Assembly: GCA_963789955.1 (NCBI GenBank)
Contig: CAWBMV010000019.1
Span: 1 to 64,000, forward strand
Source of the DNA: an uncultured Candidatus Rokubacteria bacterium
Lineage (GTDB): Bacteria; Methylomirabilota; Methylomirabilia; Rokubacteriales; CSP1-6
Length of the DNA stretch: 64,000 bases
Reading direction: 5' to 3'
This document shows, piece after piece, positions 29,617 through 40,259 of this stretch (the first letter of the stretch is position 1; each line of letters starts with the position of its first letter). The notes beneath the pieces are model-generated. The model made no database searches, was not told where the DNA came from, and was given only the letters and a program-made list of their open reading frames with translations. The translations under genes were made by a program, and so were the position numbers.

Positions 29617-30186
29617 ATGGCACGACCCTCGAAGTTCGCCCACGTGGTCTATCGAACGCGACGATTCGACGAGATGGTCGACTGGTACCGGCAAGTCTTC
29701 GAGGCCGATCTGCAGCACAAGGATCCGATGCTCGCGTTCCTCACGTACGACGAGGAGCATCATCGCTTCGCGTTCGTGAACCTGTCCGCGCTCAAGCCGA
29801 CGGGCGAGCCGGCGGGGCCACGCGCCGACATCGGCGTCGATCACGTCGCGTACACCTACGCGAACCTGGGAGACCTCCTGGACACCTACTCCCGGCTCAA
29901 GCAGCACGGCATCCTGCCGTACTGGCCGGTGCATCACGGCCCGACTCTCTCGTTCTATTACAAGGATCCCGACGGCAACCGACTGGAGTTTCAGGTCGAC
30001 TGCTTCCGGACCGCCGACGAGGCGAACGCGTACATGCAGAGCGCGGCGTTCGCGGAGAATCCGATCGGCGTCCAGATCGATCCCGACGCGCTGGTCAAGC
30101 AATACCGGAACGGCGTGCCGGAAGAAGCGCTCTTGCGACGTCCGGTGGGACCCGGCATGCCGATCCCGGCCGAGCACGGCGTGTGA
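29617..30186 (+). CDS. VOC family protein
   Basis: FAHVVY, DEEHHR, VDHVAYT, HHGPT.S.YY.DPDGNRLE. Confidence 0.87.
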   Translation: MARPSKFAHVVYRTRRFDEMVDWYRQVFEADLQHKDPMLAFLTYDEEHHRFAFVNLSALKPTGEPAGPRADIGVDHVAYTYANLGDLLDTYSRLKQHGILPYWPVHHGPTLSFYYKDPDGNRLEFQVDCFRTADEANAYMQSAAFAENPIGVQIDPDALVKQYRNGVPEEALLRRPVGPGMPIPAEHGV

Positions 30187-30222
30187 TCGCCGAGGAGTTG
30201 TAGGGGGCGCGGCGCAGCGCCG

Positions 30223-31440
30223 CTAGGCGCGCCCGGCGTCGAGGATCGCTCTGGCGAGGACCTTGCTGCCCTCGTAGCACTTGTCCGGCTGCTCGTAGCT
30301 GAAGGCCAGCCGGATGTGGCGCTCGCCACCCTTGCCGGCGAAGAACGCGCGTCCGGGCGTGTACTGCACGCGCGCCTGGGTCGCGAGGTCCTCGAGCTTG
30401 GCGACGTTGGTCGCAGACGGCAGCTTGATCCAGACGAAGAACCCGCCTTGCGGCCGGCTGATCTCGACGTCAGTGCCCTTGAGCACTTCCCACAACCCGC
30501 GCAGCATGGCGTCGCGCTTGGCCCGATAGACGCCGACCAGCACCTTGACGTGCGCTTCCATGTGATCGCGCAGGAAGTAGGTCGCCACGCGCGACATGAA
30601 CGGGTTGACGCCGCCGCCGAAGTTGAAGCCCTGAAACGCCGGAAGCATCGCGGTCGGCGCGCAGAGCCAGCCGAGCCGTACCCCGGCGCCGAGGATCTTG
30701 GAGAGCGTGCCCGCGCGGATCGTCCGGCCGTTGCGATCGAGCGCGTAGACCGGCGGCTTCGAGTCGCCTTCGAATCGGAGCTCGTTGTAGGCGTCGTCTT
30801 CCAGGATGAGGGTGTCGTACTCTTCGGCCAGCTCGATCAGCTCCTGGCGACGGCCGATCGAAAGATCGGGCCCCGCCGGGTTCTGGAAGTTGACGATCGT
30901 GTAGATCAGCTTGCACCGTCGGCCCGAGCGGCGGATCTTCTCGAGCGCTTCGCGGACCGCGCTGATGACCATGCCGTCGGCGTCCACCGGCACGCCGTGG
31001 ATCTCGGGGCCGTGGCGGCGAATGTTGTTGAGCGAGCCGGAGAACGTCGGCGCCTCGATGATCATCGGATCGCCCGGATCGACGAAGGCGCTGAATGCCA
31101 GGGACAGAGCGGCGCCCGACCCGTTGGCGATGAAGATGTTCTCGGGGGTCACGTCGAGATTCTCGTAGAACTTGTACTTGTGGCAGATCAGCTCGCGCAG
31201 CCCGCGATAGCCCTGAGGGTCGCCGTAGGTGAGGGCCTCCGCGCCTTCGGCGTCGATCATCTTGCGGGTGGCCTCGACCATGCCGTCATAGGGGAACGAC
31301 GCCGGGTCGGGGAAGCCTCCGCCGAACTCGTAGAGCGGCTTGGCGACCGGGCGGACGGTGGTGACGGACCCGCCCCACCCGATGCGGGCGCGGGCCGACA
31401 GGAGCTCTTCGAAATTGGCGGTACGGGCCGGAGTGGTCAT
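30223..31440 (-). CDS. PLP-dependent aminotransferase class I/II (2-aminoadipate transaminase-like)
   Basis: GGFPDP, NFQNPAG, EDDAY, GTLSK...GVRLGW, IRLAFS. Confidence 0.9.
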   Translation of the reverse strand: MTTPARTANFEELLSARARIGWGGSVTTVRPVAKPLYEFGGGFPDPASFPYDGMVEATRKMIDAEGAEALTYGDPQGYRGLRELICHKYKFYENLDVTPENIFIANGSGAALSLAFSAFVDPGDPMIIEAPTFSGSLNNIRRHGPEIHGVPVDADGMVISAVREALEKIRRSGRRCKLIYTIVNFQNPAGPDLSIGRRQELIELAEEYDTLILEDDAYNELRFEGDSKPPVYALDRNGRTIRAGTLSKILGAGVRLGWLCAPTAMLPAFQGFNFGGGVNPFMSRVATYFLRDHMEAHVKVLVGVYRAKRDAMLRGLWEVLKGTDVEISRPQGGFFVWIKLPSATNVAKLEDLATQARVQYTPGRAFFAGKGGERHIRLAFSYEQPDKCYEGSKVLARAILDAGRA

Positions 31441-31447
31441 GACGGTT

Positions 31448-31475
31448 AGCATACGACAACCGGCGGCCCTATAAT
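31448..31475. promoter_or_regulatory. Back-to-back -10 boxes for two divergent leaderless genes
   Basis: TATAAT (+, 31470-31475) 7 nt before ATG 31483; TATGCT (-, 31453-31448) 7 nt before ATG 31440; no SD on either side. Confidence 0.65.
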
Positions 31476-31482
31476 CACGTCC

Positions 31483-33435
31483 ATGCTCTTCCGCTATTCG
31501 CGCTGGGACGGCAGTCAGCAGCTCGCGGACCTCGACGCCGACGACCTCCTGGCGGCGATGTCCGACGATCTCATGTCCGACGGTGATTTGCGGAACGCGC
31601 TCCGGCGCATGTTCCAGCGGGGCCTGCAGATGCCCCAGGGCGGCCAGATGCCCGGTCTGCAGAACCTGCTCGACCGGCTGCGCAAGCGCCGGCAGGAGCA
31701 GCTCGACCGCTACGACCTCGGCTCGGCGCTCGAGGACATCAAGAAGAAGCTCGACGAGGTCATCCAGACCGAGCGCACCGGGATCGAGCGGCAGGTCCCC
31801 AACGCGAACGAGCGCGCGAAGAAGCTGGAGCCACTCGACCAGCTCCCTCCGGATCCGGCCGGCCGGATCAAGCAGCTGCAGGACTACAAGTTCGCCGATC
31901 CCGAGGCGGAGCGCCTGTTCCAGGAGCTGATGAAGTCGCTGCAACAGCAGATGATGCAGCCGTTCATGCAGGGCATGAAGCAATCGCTCCAGAACATGAG
32001 CCCCGACGACCTCAAGCGGATGCGCGAGATGATGCGTGACCTCAACCAGATGCTGCGGCAGCGCGCCGAGGGCGACGAGCCCGACTTCGACGCGTTCAAG
32101 CAGAAGTGGGGTCAGAACTTCCCCGGCGTCGAGAGCCTCGACGAGCTGCTCGAGCAGCTCGGGCGTCAGGCCGGGCAGATGCAGTCGCTCCTCGACAGCA
32201 TGTCGCCGGGACAGCGCCGCCAGCTCCAGGAGATGATGTCGAGCCTGTTCATGCAGGACGAGCGGCTGGAGGCCGAGATGGCCCAGCTCGCGATGCACCT
32301 CGACCAGCTCGGTCTCACCGAGGAGTTCCGCCGGCGCTACGACTTCCGCGGCGAGGACGACGTCACGATGCAAGAGGCGATGAAGCTGATGGACGAGCTC
32401 CAGCAGATGGAGGAGCTCGAGCGCCAGCTGCGCCGCGTGCAGTCGCCGAACGATCTGGAGAAGATCGATCCGGTCGACGTCGAGAAGCTCATCGGCGAGG
32501 AATCGGCGCAGGACCTCGAGCGGCTGAAAGAGCTCATGAAGAAGCTGGAAGAAGCGGGCTACCTCGAGCGCAAGGGCGACCGGCTCGAGCTGACCGCGCG
32601 GGCGATCCGCAAGCTCGGCGACAAGGCGCTCAAGGACATCTTCGCCAGTCTCAAGCGCGACCGCTTCGGGCGGCACGCCGTCGAGCGCCGGGGCGCGGGC
32701 GGCGACCCGACCGACGAGGCCAAGCGCTACGAGTTCGGCGATCCGTTCCTGCTCGATCTCAAGAAGACGCTGATGAACGCGGTCGAGCGCAACGGCGCCG
32801 GCACGCCGGTGCGCCTGTCACCGGATGACTTCGAGGTGATCCGGACCGAGCTCTCGACCCAGGCGTCGACGGTCGTCATGCTGGACATGAGCCGCTCGAT
32901 GATCAACAACGGCTACTTCCTCCCGGCCAAGAAGGTCGCGCTCGCGCTGACCGCGCTGATCCGCGGTCAGTTCCCGCGCGACAGTCTGTACATCTTGGGG
33001 TTCTCGCTCATGGCGCGCGAGTTCAAGGCCGAGGACCTGCCGAAGCTCATGTACAGCGAGTGGAACATCGGCACCAACATGCACCACGGCTTTCAGGTAT
33101 CGCGGCGGCTCCTGGGCAAGCAGAAGGGCGGCAACAAGCAGATCATCATGATCACCGACGGTGAGCCGACCGCCCACATGGAAGGCGGCCAGCCCGACTT
33201 CGCCTACCCGCCGACCCGCCGCACCTTCGAGGAGACGTTGAAGGAGGTCCAGCGCTGCACGCGCGAGGGCATCATCATCAACACCTTCATGCTCGAGCAG
33301 AGCCAGATGCTCACGCAGTTCATCGACCAGCTCTCCCGCATCAACAAGGGCCGCGCGTTCTTCGCCAGCCCGGATCGCCTCGGCGAGTACATCCTGGTCG
33401 ACTACGTCCGGAACAAGCGCCGCTCGATCGCGTAG
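31483..33435 (+). CDS. VWA domain protein with long helical N-terminus (Rv0959-like)
   Basis: RYSRWDG N-terminus; MIDAS DMSRSM, GTN, ITDGEPTAH. Confidence 0.88.
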   Translation: MLFRYSRWDGSQQLADLDADDLLAAMSDDLMSDGDLRNALRRMFQRGLQMPQGGQMPGLQNLLDRLRKRRQEQLDRYDLGSALEDIKKKLDEVIQTERTGIERQVPNANERAKKLEPLDQLPPDPAGRIKQLQDYKFADPEAERLFQELMKSLQQQMMQPFMQGMKQSLQNMSPDDLKRMREMMRDLNQMLRQRAEGDEPDFDAFKQKWGQNFPGVESLDELLEQLGRQAGQMQSLLDSMSPGQRRQLQEMMSSLFMQDERLEAEMAQLAMHLDQLGLTEEFRRRYDFRGEDDVTMQEAMKLMDELQQMEELERQLRRVQSPNDLEKIDPVDVEKLIGEESAQDLERLKELMKKLEEAGYLERKGDRLELTARAIRKLGDKALKDIFASLKRDRFGRHAVERRGAGGDPTDEAKRYEFGDPFLLDLKKTLMNAVERNGAGTPVRLSPDDFEVIRTELSTQASTVVMLDMSRSMINNGYFLPAKKVALALTALIRGQFPRDSLYILGFSLMAREFKAEDLPKLMYSEWNIGTNMHHGFQVSRRLLGKQKGGNKQIIMITDGEPTAHMEGGQPDFAYPPTRRTFEETLKEVQRCTREGIIINTFMLEQSQMLTQFIDQLSRINKGRAFFASPDRLGEYILVDYVRNKRRSIA

Positions 33436-33463
33436 CCTGAGGCTCAGTAGCCTTCGGTAGGGG

Positions 33464-34660
33464 TCAGGATGCGCTGCGCGTGGCGCCCGACCCGAGCAGA
33501 GCGTTGATCTCCTCGTCGCCGATCCCGACCTCGCGCAAGATCTCGACGCTGTGCTCCCCGAGCCGCGGCGGCAGGCGGCGAATGGCGCCGGGGGTCTTAC
33601 TGTAGGTGGCCGGAATGCCGGGCAGCCGCATCGTCCCTTCGGTCGGATGCTCGACGATCTGCCAGAACCCGACGGCTTCCAGGTGCGGATCATGGAGCAG
33701 CGACTCGAGCGAGTTGACGCTCATCGCGGGGATGTTCCGCCGGTCCAGCTCGGCCAGCCATTCGGCGCTCGTCCGGCTCGGCGCGATCCGCGCGAGCTCC
33801 TCGTAGAGCTGCTCGATGTGCTTGAGCCGCGTTGCGAGCGTCTTGTAGCGCGGGTCCTCCAGCAGATCCTTTCGGCCGGCGAGGATGAAGAAGTCTCGCC
33901 AGTTCTGGTCGGTGTACGGCAGGATCGCGAGATAGCCGTCGCGCGTCTTGAACGGGCGCCGGTAGGGATTGAGGATCCGCTTGTAGCCGATCGTGTCCCG
34001 CGGCGGCACGAACGTCTCGCCATAGAGGTGCTCCACCATCACCCAGGCCGCCATGCTCTCGAACATCGGCACCTCGACCTCTTGCCCCTCGCCCGTGCGC
34101 GCCTTGTGGTAGAGCGCCGCGAGCACGGCCGCCAGCACGGTCATCGAGCTGGTCTTGTCGGCGACGATCGTGGGCACGTAGCGCGGCTCGCCCATGAGCG
34201 ACGCCTGAGCCGAGGCGAGGCCGGAGGCCGCCTGGATGATGTCGTCGTACGCGGGCTTTTCGCCGTAGGGGCCGGCCGCCCGGAAGCCGTACGTGCCGAC
34301 GTAGACGATGCCCGGGTTGACCGCGCGGAACGTTTCGTACGACATGCCGAGGCGCCGCGCGGCCTGTGGCCGATAGTTGTGGAGCAGCACGTCGGCGCCC
34401 TCGGCGAGCCGGAGCAGCACGCGCCGGGCGGCCTCCTGCTTCAGATCGAGCACGATCGAACGTTTGTTTCGATTGACCGCCAGGTAGAACGCACCCATGG
34501 CGGGGTTGCGCATCGGGCCGAGCTGCCGCGTGGTGTCGCCCTCGGGCGGCTCGACCTTGACGACGTCGGCGCCGAGGTCACCGAGCTGCTGCGCGGCCCA
34601 GGGGCCGAGCACGACGGTGGTGCAGTCCACCACACGGACGCCGCTGAGCGGTCCCGACAT
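33464..34660 (-). CDS. CoA transferase family III (CaiB/BaiF)
   Basis: LGDLGADVVKVEPP.GD, NRNKRS, AYDDIIQA, PRLGEH. Confidence 0.92.
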   Translation of the reverse strand: MSGPLSGVRVVDCTTVVLGPWAAQQLGDLGADVVKVEPPEGDTTRQLGPMRNPAMGAFYLAVNRNKRSIVLDLKQEAARRVLLRLAEGADVLLHNYRPQAARRLGMSYETFRAVNPGIVYVGTYGFRAAGPYGEKPAYDDIIQAASGLASAQASLMGEPRYVPTIVADKTSSMTVLAAVLAALYHKARTGEGQEVEVPMFESMAAWVMVEHLYGETFVPPRDTIGYKRILNPYRRPFKTRDGYLAILPYTDQNWRDFFILAGRKDLLEDPRYKTLATRLKHIEQLYEELARIAPSRTSAEWLAELDRRNIPAMSVNSLESLLHDPHLEAVGFWQIVEHPTEGTMRLPGIPATYSKTPGAIRRLPPRLGEHSVEILREVGIGDEEINALLGSGATRSAS

Positions 34661-34680
34661 GGTCGCGATCTCGGTCGGGG

Positions 34681-35505
34681 CTACGCGCCGCCGGTGACGA
34701 CGAGCGTCTGGCCGCTGACGAAGTCGCTATCGGGGCTGCAGAAGAGATAGATGGCGCCGGCCGCTTCCGCGGGCAGTCCGCCGCGCCCGAGCGGGATCAT
34801 CTGGTTCATGCCGGCGATACGCGCGCCCTGGACGCCGACCTTCACCTGGCGTCCGGCGACCTCGATCGTGCCGGCCTCGCCCTCGGCGAGCGGCTTCGTC
34901 AGGCGCGTCTGGATGTAGCCGAACGCCACGCAGTTCACGGTGACGGCGTAGCGGCCCCATTCCTTGGCGAGTGTGCGCGTCATGCCGGTGACCGCCGCCT
35001 TCGCGGACGAATAATTGACCTGGCCCGCGTTGCCGCGGACACCCGACGTGGACGAGATCTGGACGACCTTGCGTACGATGCGCTCGCCGCGCTTGGACTC
35101 CGCCTCGAACTGCTCGCGCAGATACGGCGCGAACGCGCGGAGGATCCGGAAGGGCGCGGTCACGTGGACGTCCATGATGGCGTACCACTGCTCATCGCTC
35201 ATCTTCTGGATGACGTTGTCCCACGTGTAGCCGGCGTTGTTGACGATGATGTGCAGCCCGCCGAGCTGTTTCGTCGCTACGCCCACGATGCGCTCGCCGA
35301 AGTCCTTGGCCGTCACGTCGCCGTTGCAGGCGACGGCCCGGCCGCCGATCTGCTCGATCAGCGCGATCGTCTCCTTCGACGGCCCCTCGTCGAGGTCGTT
35401 CACGACGACCGCGGCGCCGTCCCGTGCGAGTCGCAATGCGACTTCGCGCCCGATACCGCGCCCCGAGCCCGTGACAATCGCCACCTTACCGTCGAGCTGT
35501 CCCAC
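34681..35505 (-). CDS. SDR family oxidoreductase
   Basis: TGSGRGIG, NNAG, YSSAK. Confidence 0.92.
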   Translation of the reverse strand: MGQLDGKVAIVTGSGRGIGREVALRLARDGAAVVVNDLDEGPSKETIALIEQIGGRAVACNGDVTAKDFGERIVGVATKQLGGLHIIVNNAGYTWDNVIQKMSDEQWYAIMDVHVTAPFRILRAFAPYLREQFEAESKRGERIVRKVVQISSTSGVRGNAGQVNYSSAKAAVTGMTRTLAKEWGRYAVTVNCVAFGYIQTRLTKPLAEGEAGTIEVAGRQVKVGVQGARIAGMNQMIPLGRGGLPAEAAGAIYLFCSPDSDFVSGQTLVVTGGA

Positions 35506-35561
35506 GCCGTTATTCCCCCGTTCGCCCCTGATACCGCGAAGACCGCGGAGCCGTCAAGCCA

Positions 35562-36026
35562 TCACTCCTTCAACAGACCGGCCTGACGGAGCACGTCGGC
35601 GTGATCCCAGTAGATCCGCTCGCATGCGAGCTTGTCCCCGCGGAATTGCACGACCACGACGACGTCCATCGCGATTTTCTTTCCCGTCGGCTTGATGTTC
35701 GGCAAGAGCCAGGGCATGGGCCTGCTATGCGTGAAGGTCAGGTGCAGCTCGTCTACCAGCTGGCCCTCGCCGACGACGCGGTTCACCGGCTTCGTCTCGA
35801 GATCGTCAGGCCACGAGGGGATGAAGTCGTCTCGATAGAACGCCCGAAGCGCGTTCTTCCCGCGGCCCCCGGTGTTCACCGGCATGTGGTTGACGTAGGC
35901 ATCGTCGACCATGGTGGCCAGGGTCGCCTCGACGTCCTTGATGTCGAACTCTCCCTTGAGGTGCTCTTCCCACAAACGCTCGAGCTGTTGCGCCGATAGC
36001 GAGGCGTTGCGCGCGTCGTGTCCCAT
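35562..36026 (-). CDS. Ester cyclase / SnoaL-like (NTF2 fold) protein
   Basis: DVEATLATM, YVNHMP..TGG, FTH, ERIYWD. Confidence 0.82.
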   Translation of the reverse strand: MGHDARNASLSAQQLERLWEEHLKGEFDIKDVEATLATMVDDAYVNHMPVNTGGRGKNALRAFYRDDFIPSWPDDLETKPVNRVVGEGQLVDELHLTFTHSRPMPWLLPNIKPTGKKIAMDVVVVVQFRGDKLACERIYWDHADVLRQAGLLKE

Positions 36027-36052
36027 CGTGTCGTCTCCTATTCCACGGCTTG

Positions 36053-37393
36053 CTAGCCGCTCGCGGCCGCCGGCTCTCCCAGTAGGCCGGCCGGTCTCTC
36101 CTGGCCCTTCATCAACCGCCGGATGAGCGGTGTGGCGATGAACGTGCTGACCAGCGCCATGATCACGAGCATCGAGAAGACGTCGGTCGGTAGCAAGCCC
36201 AGATCCTTGCCGATGTTGATCGCGATCAGCTCCATCATCCCACGCGTGTTCATGCAGACGCCGATCGTGAGCGCGCTGCGCCGTCCCTCGCCGACCAGGC
36301 GGGCGGCCGCGTACGCGCCCCCGAGCTTGCTGACGAACGCGACGGCGAGGATCAGCAGGAGCGTCACCAGGCCCGTCCAGCCCTGGATGGCCGCGATATC
36401 TGTCCTGAGGCCGGTATAGGCGAAGAAGATCGGCAGGAAGAACACCCAGACGATCGGCCAGACACGGCGCTTCCACTCCTCCACGAATCGGCGGTCGTCG
36501 TGCACCGCCACGCCGATCACGAAGCCGCCGATGATCGCGAAGACTCCGAGGTTGCTGGTGATCGCGGCGGAGATGAAGAGCAGGATCACAATGTAGGGCA
36601 CGAAGGTCGGACGCATCCCACCGTGGCGCGTCAGATGATCGGTGATGGCGCGCCGTAGCGGCCTGCGCATCACGAGAAACACCAGCGCCAGGTAGACGGC
36701 CAGGCCGACCAGCCGCGGGACGACCCAGCTCCAGCTGAACGCGCCCTTCACGAGCAACGAGATCGCGCCGAGGACGATCCAGCCGGAGACGTCCCCGATC
36801 GCCGCGGCCCCGATCGTGAGGGCCGCGGTCCGCGTGTGCGAGAGGCCGAGCTCCATGAGGATGCGTCCCAGCACCGGGATCGCCGTGATCGACATGGCCA
36901 CGGCGAAGAAGAGCTGGAAGCCGAAGAGCGGCACCGGCTCCGAGAGCCTCGCGTGGAACCACGGCGCGGCCAGATAGCCCATCGCAAAGGGCAGCACGAG
37001 GCTGATCGCGCTGATGGCGACGATCGGCCGGAGGCTCGCGCCGAGGTGCCTCTGGAACTCGAACTCGAGGCCGATCTGGAACATCAGGAAGATCAGCCCG
37101 ACCTGGGCCAGACCCGTGAAGATCGGGCCGGTGGAGACGGGAAACAGAGCGTGCATGAACCCCGGGAAGAGGGCTCCGAGCAGGCTCGGCCCCAGCAGGA
37201 CGCCCGCGAGGATCTCGCCGGACACGTCGGTCTGTCCGAGCCAGCGCACGACCGCGGTGACGAGCCGGGTGGCGAGGAGGATCACGATGAGCTGATACAG
37301 CAGCTGGAGCGTGATCTCTTCGGCGCCGGCACCCACCGCGGATTCGGCCGCGGCGCCGCCCGGAAGCTGCGCGGCGACTGCCGAGCCGAACAC
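36053..37393 (-). CDS. Cation:proton antiporter (Kef/CPA2-like)
   Basis: GEILAGVLLGPS, SITAIPVLGRIL, MNTRGMMEL; many TM helices. Confidence 0.9.
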   Translation of the reverse strand: MFGSAVAAQLPGGAAAESAVGAGAEEITLQLLYQLIVILLATRLVTAVVRWLGQTDVSGEILAGVLLGPSLLGALFPGFMHALFPVSTGPIFTGLAQVGLIFLMFQIGLEFEFQRHLGASLRPIVAISAISLVLPFAMGYLAAPWFHARLSEPVPLFGFQLFFAVAMSITAIPVLGRILMELGLSHTRTAALTIGAAAIGDVSGWIVLGAISLLVKGAFSWSWVVPRLVGLAVYLALVFLVMRRPLRRAITDHLTRHGGMRPTFVPYIVILLFISAAITSNLGVFAIIGGFVIGVAVHDDRRFVEEWKRRVWPIVWVFFLPIFFAYTGLRTDIAAIQGWTGLVTLLLILAVAFVSKLGGAYAAARLVGEGRRSALTIGVCMNTRGMMELIAINIGKDLGLLPTDVFSMLVIMALVSTFIATPLIRRLMKGQERPAGLLGEPAAASG

Positions 37394-37406
37394 TACCGCG
37401 CGAGCA

Positions 37407-38522
37407 TCAGGCGCCGGCCAGGTTGTAGAGGCGAGCGCAGTTGTCCCAGAGGATCTTCTTCTTGCTCGCTTCCGACAGCGGGAGCTTCAGAAAAATGTTG
37501 GTCGCGTCCGGGAAATGCGAGTCGGAGTGCGGATAGTCGGTCGAGAACACGAGCGTGTCGTCGCCGAGCTTCTGGACGACCCACTCGACCTGGTCCTCGT
37601 CGGGGTCGACGCTGATGAAGCACTGGCGGCGGAAGTACTCGCTGGGCGGCGCCTGCAGCTTCGTCGTCTCGCCGCTCTTCGCCATCTCCCAGTATTCGTC
37701 GAGCCGCCACAGGAGCCACGGCAGCCAGCTGCAGTTGCCCTCGAGAAACGCGACGCGCAGGCGCGGGAAGCGCTCGAGGACACCGCCGGCCGTCATCGAC
37801 GCGACGGCCGCCATCAGCTCGATCGGATTGTTCAGCCCGCCGGCGATGGTCGTGCTCGGCGCCGAGAGGTAACGATTCACGAAGTGGGTGTCCGAGTAGT
37901 TGTTCGGCGCGGGATGAAAGCAGATCGGTACGCCCAGGCGCTCGGCCTCGGTCCACAGCGGATCCATTCTCGGGTCGTGCAGGTTCACGCCGTTCACCGG
38001 ATTCGGCATCATCTGGGCCGCCACGAAGCCGAGCTCCTTGACGGACCGGCGCAGCTCGGCCGCCGCCAGGGTCGCGTCGTGCAAGGTGACGAGCGCCGCG
38101 GCGTGCATCCGCGCCGGAGCGGGCTTGCGGAAGTCCGCCGCCCAGTCGTTCCACGCCCGGCACAGCGCGATCGCGAACGCGGGCTCGAAGGCATCGACGC
38201 ACACGACCGGAAGCGTGCGGAAGAGCACGGCCACGTCGAGCCCTTCGACGTCCATCGCGCGCTGCTGCGACACCGAGTCGAAGCGTGCGGCGGCGTAGTC
38301 CTTCAGTACGGCGGCCGCGCGCTTCTCCGCGTCGACCCGTCCCCGGCCGAGCGGCCGCGGGAACGTGAAGTCGCCGACCGTCCACTGGCTCGTGTAGGCG
38401 CCGCGCGTGGCGGTGGGCCGGGGCGTGCGGTCGCGGAAGGCCGGATCGAGGTAGCGATCGTAGAGGTCTGAGGGCTCGATCACGTGCAGGTCGCTGTCGA
38501 GGACACGGAATCCCGCCTTCAT
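37407..38522 (-). CDS. Amidohydrolase family protein (amidohydrolase_2)
   Basis: DSDLHVIEP, FHP, FLEGNCSW, FSTDYPHSD; start MKAGF at 38522. Confidence 0.88.
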   Translation of the reverse strand: MKAGFRVLDSDLHVIEPSDLYDRYLDPAFRDRTPRPTATRGAYTSQWTVGDFTFPRPLGRGRVDAEKRAAAVLKDYAAARFDSVSQQRAMDVEGLDVAVLFRTLPVVCVDAFEPAFAIALCRAWNDWAADFRKPAPARMHAAALVTLHDATLAAAELRRSVKELGFVAAQMMPNPVNGVNLHDPRMDPLWTEAERLGVPICFHPAPNNYSDTHFVNRYLSAPSTTIAGGLNNPIELMAAVASMTAGGVLERFPRLRVAFLEGNCSWLPWLLWRLDEYWEMAKSGETTKLQAPPSEYFRRQCFISVDPDEDQVEWVVQKLGDDTLVFSTDYPHSDSHFPDATNIFLKLPLSEASKKKILWDNCARLYNLAGA

Positions 38523-39941
38523 TTCGCCCTCCCGGTGTGATCGGCAATGACCTGCGCGACGCACGAGGTCACCTTGGCGCCGGTCGGCAGGTGGAGAAAC
38601 TCGTTGGGTCCGTGGGCGTTCGAGCCCGGCCCCATCGCTCCGGTGATGAGGAACTGGGCCTGCGGGAAGCGCTCGCCCAGCATGCTCATGAACGGAATCG
38701 AGCCGCCGAGGCCCGCGAACATCGCCGGCTTGCCGAAGTAGCTCGTCGACGCGCGCTGGATCGATTCGAGGAGCTTCGGATCCGTCGCGGGCGCGTTCCA
38801 GCCGTTGCCCGCGTCGCCGTAGGTGTCGAGCGTGACGCGCGCGCCGTAGGGCGGATCGGCCTCGAGGATCTCCTTGAGCTTTCGCACCGCGCGCCCGGCC
38901 TCGCAGGTCGGCGGCAGGCGGAGCGAGAGCTTGAGCGAAGTCTTCGGACGCAGCACGTTGCCGCCGTCGGCCGGCAGCGGCAGTCCGGCGGCGCCGGTGA
39001 TCGCGAGCGCCGGACGCCAGGTGTTGTTCAGGATCAGCTCGTACGCGTCGGTGCTCACCGGCTTGCCGCCCGGCGGGAACGGGAAGCGATCGTAGATCTC
39101 GGTGCCGAGCACCTTCGCGACCTCGCGCGCCTCGGCGATGCGCTCGCGCGGGATCTCGACGTGGAAGTCGCGCGGGATGATCGCACCGGTCCGCGAGTCC
39201 TCGACGCGATCGAGCAGCTGGCGCAGCACGCGGAAGCTCGAGGCCACGATGCCGCTGGCGGCGCCGGAGTGCACGCCTTCGGTCAGCACCTCGGCCGTGA
39301 GGACGCCGCCCACCACGCCGCGCAGCGAGGTCGTGCCCCAGAGCTGCTCGTAGTTGCCGCAGCCCGAGTCGAGGCACACGACCAGGCTCGGCGTGCCGAG
39401 CTTCGCCTTGAGCGCATCGACGTAGAAGGGAAGATCCGCCGCTGCCGCTCTCCTCGCACGCCTCGATGAGCACCACGCAGCGCGCGTGGCGCACGCGCTG
39501 CTCCTGCAGCGCCTGGATCGCGGTGAGCGCGGCGAAGGTCGCATAGCCGTCGTCCCCGACGCCGCGGCCGTAGAGCTTGTCGCCGCGCTGCACCGGCGTC
39601 CACGGCCCATAGCCCTCGGCCCAGCCGACCATCTCGGGCTGCTTGTCCAGATGGCCGTAGAGCAGCACGGTGTCGGTGCCGGTGCCGGGCGCCTCCATGA
39701 AGATGACCGGCGTGCGACCCTCGAGCCGCACGACCTCGATGCGCAGTCCTTCGATCGGCCGCTCGCCGGCCCAGCCCCGAAGCAGCTCGACCGCGCGGTC
39801 GATGTGGCCGTGCTCGCGCCACTGGGCGTCGAACATCGGCGACTTCGCCGGAATCTTGACGTACTCGTGGAGCGTGGGAACGATGCTGTGATCCCACGTC
39901 TTCTGGACGAAGTCGCGGATCTTACCGGAGTCGAGCGCCAT
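38519..39941 (-). CDS. M20 family metallopeptidase, frameshift near 39440
   Basis: YGHLDKQP, GRGVGDDG, EESG, GGSIPF, NAHGPNE. Confidence 0.88.
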
Positions 39942-39950
39942 GGGTACTCC

Positions 39951-40226
39951 TCAGGAGGCGATGCGCAGGCCGGACCGGATCTCCCAGAGCTCCTGGAGCT
40001 CGAGCGGCGCGTCGGCGATCCGCGCGAGCTTGCCGCAGCAACGACAGTGGATGAACGCCGGCTCGCGGCCGACGTACGTGCTGTCGCACTTGGGGCACCG
40101 GGCTTGCGGCGCCGCGAGAAATCGCTTCGCGGTCCGCTGCAGGGTGTGCTCGGGAGTGAGACGAATCACGGTCGCCGGAGCGGCCGCCGGCTTTCGTTTC
40201 ACGCGTTTCGCTTTCGCCAGCTTCAT
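39951..40226 (-). CDS. Small basic zinc-ribbon protein
   Basis: 91 aa; K/R-rich N-terminus; CPKC...HCRCCG. Confidence 0.6.
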   Translation of the reverse strand: MKLAKAKRVKRKPAAAPATVIRLTPEHTLQRTAKRFLAAPQARCPKCDSTYVGREPAFIHCRCCGKLARIADAPLELQELWEIRSGLRIAS

Positions 40227-40259
40227 GGGCGAGGGACATTGTAGCGTATCTTTGCCCGA

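Noticed and set aside
37407..39941. 844-aa M20 peptidase-amidohydrolase fusion
   Set aside because: The middle third is off-frame; the true M20 C-terminal half lies in ORF 38519-39610.
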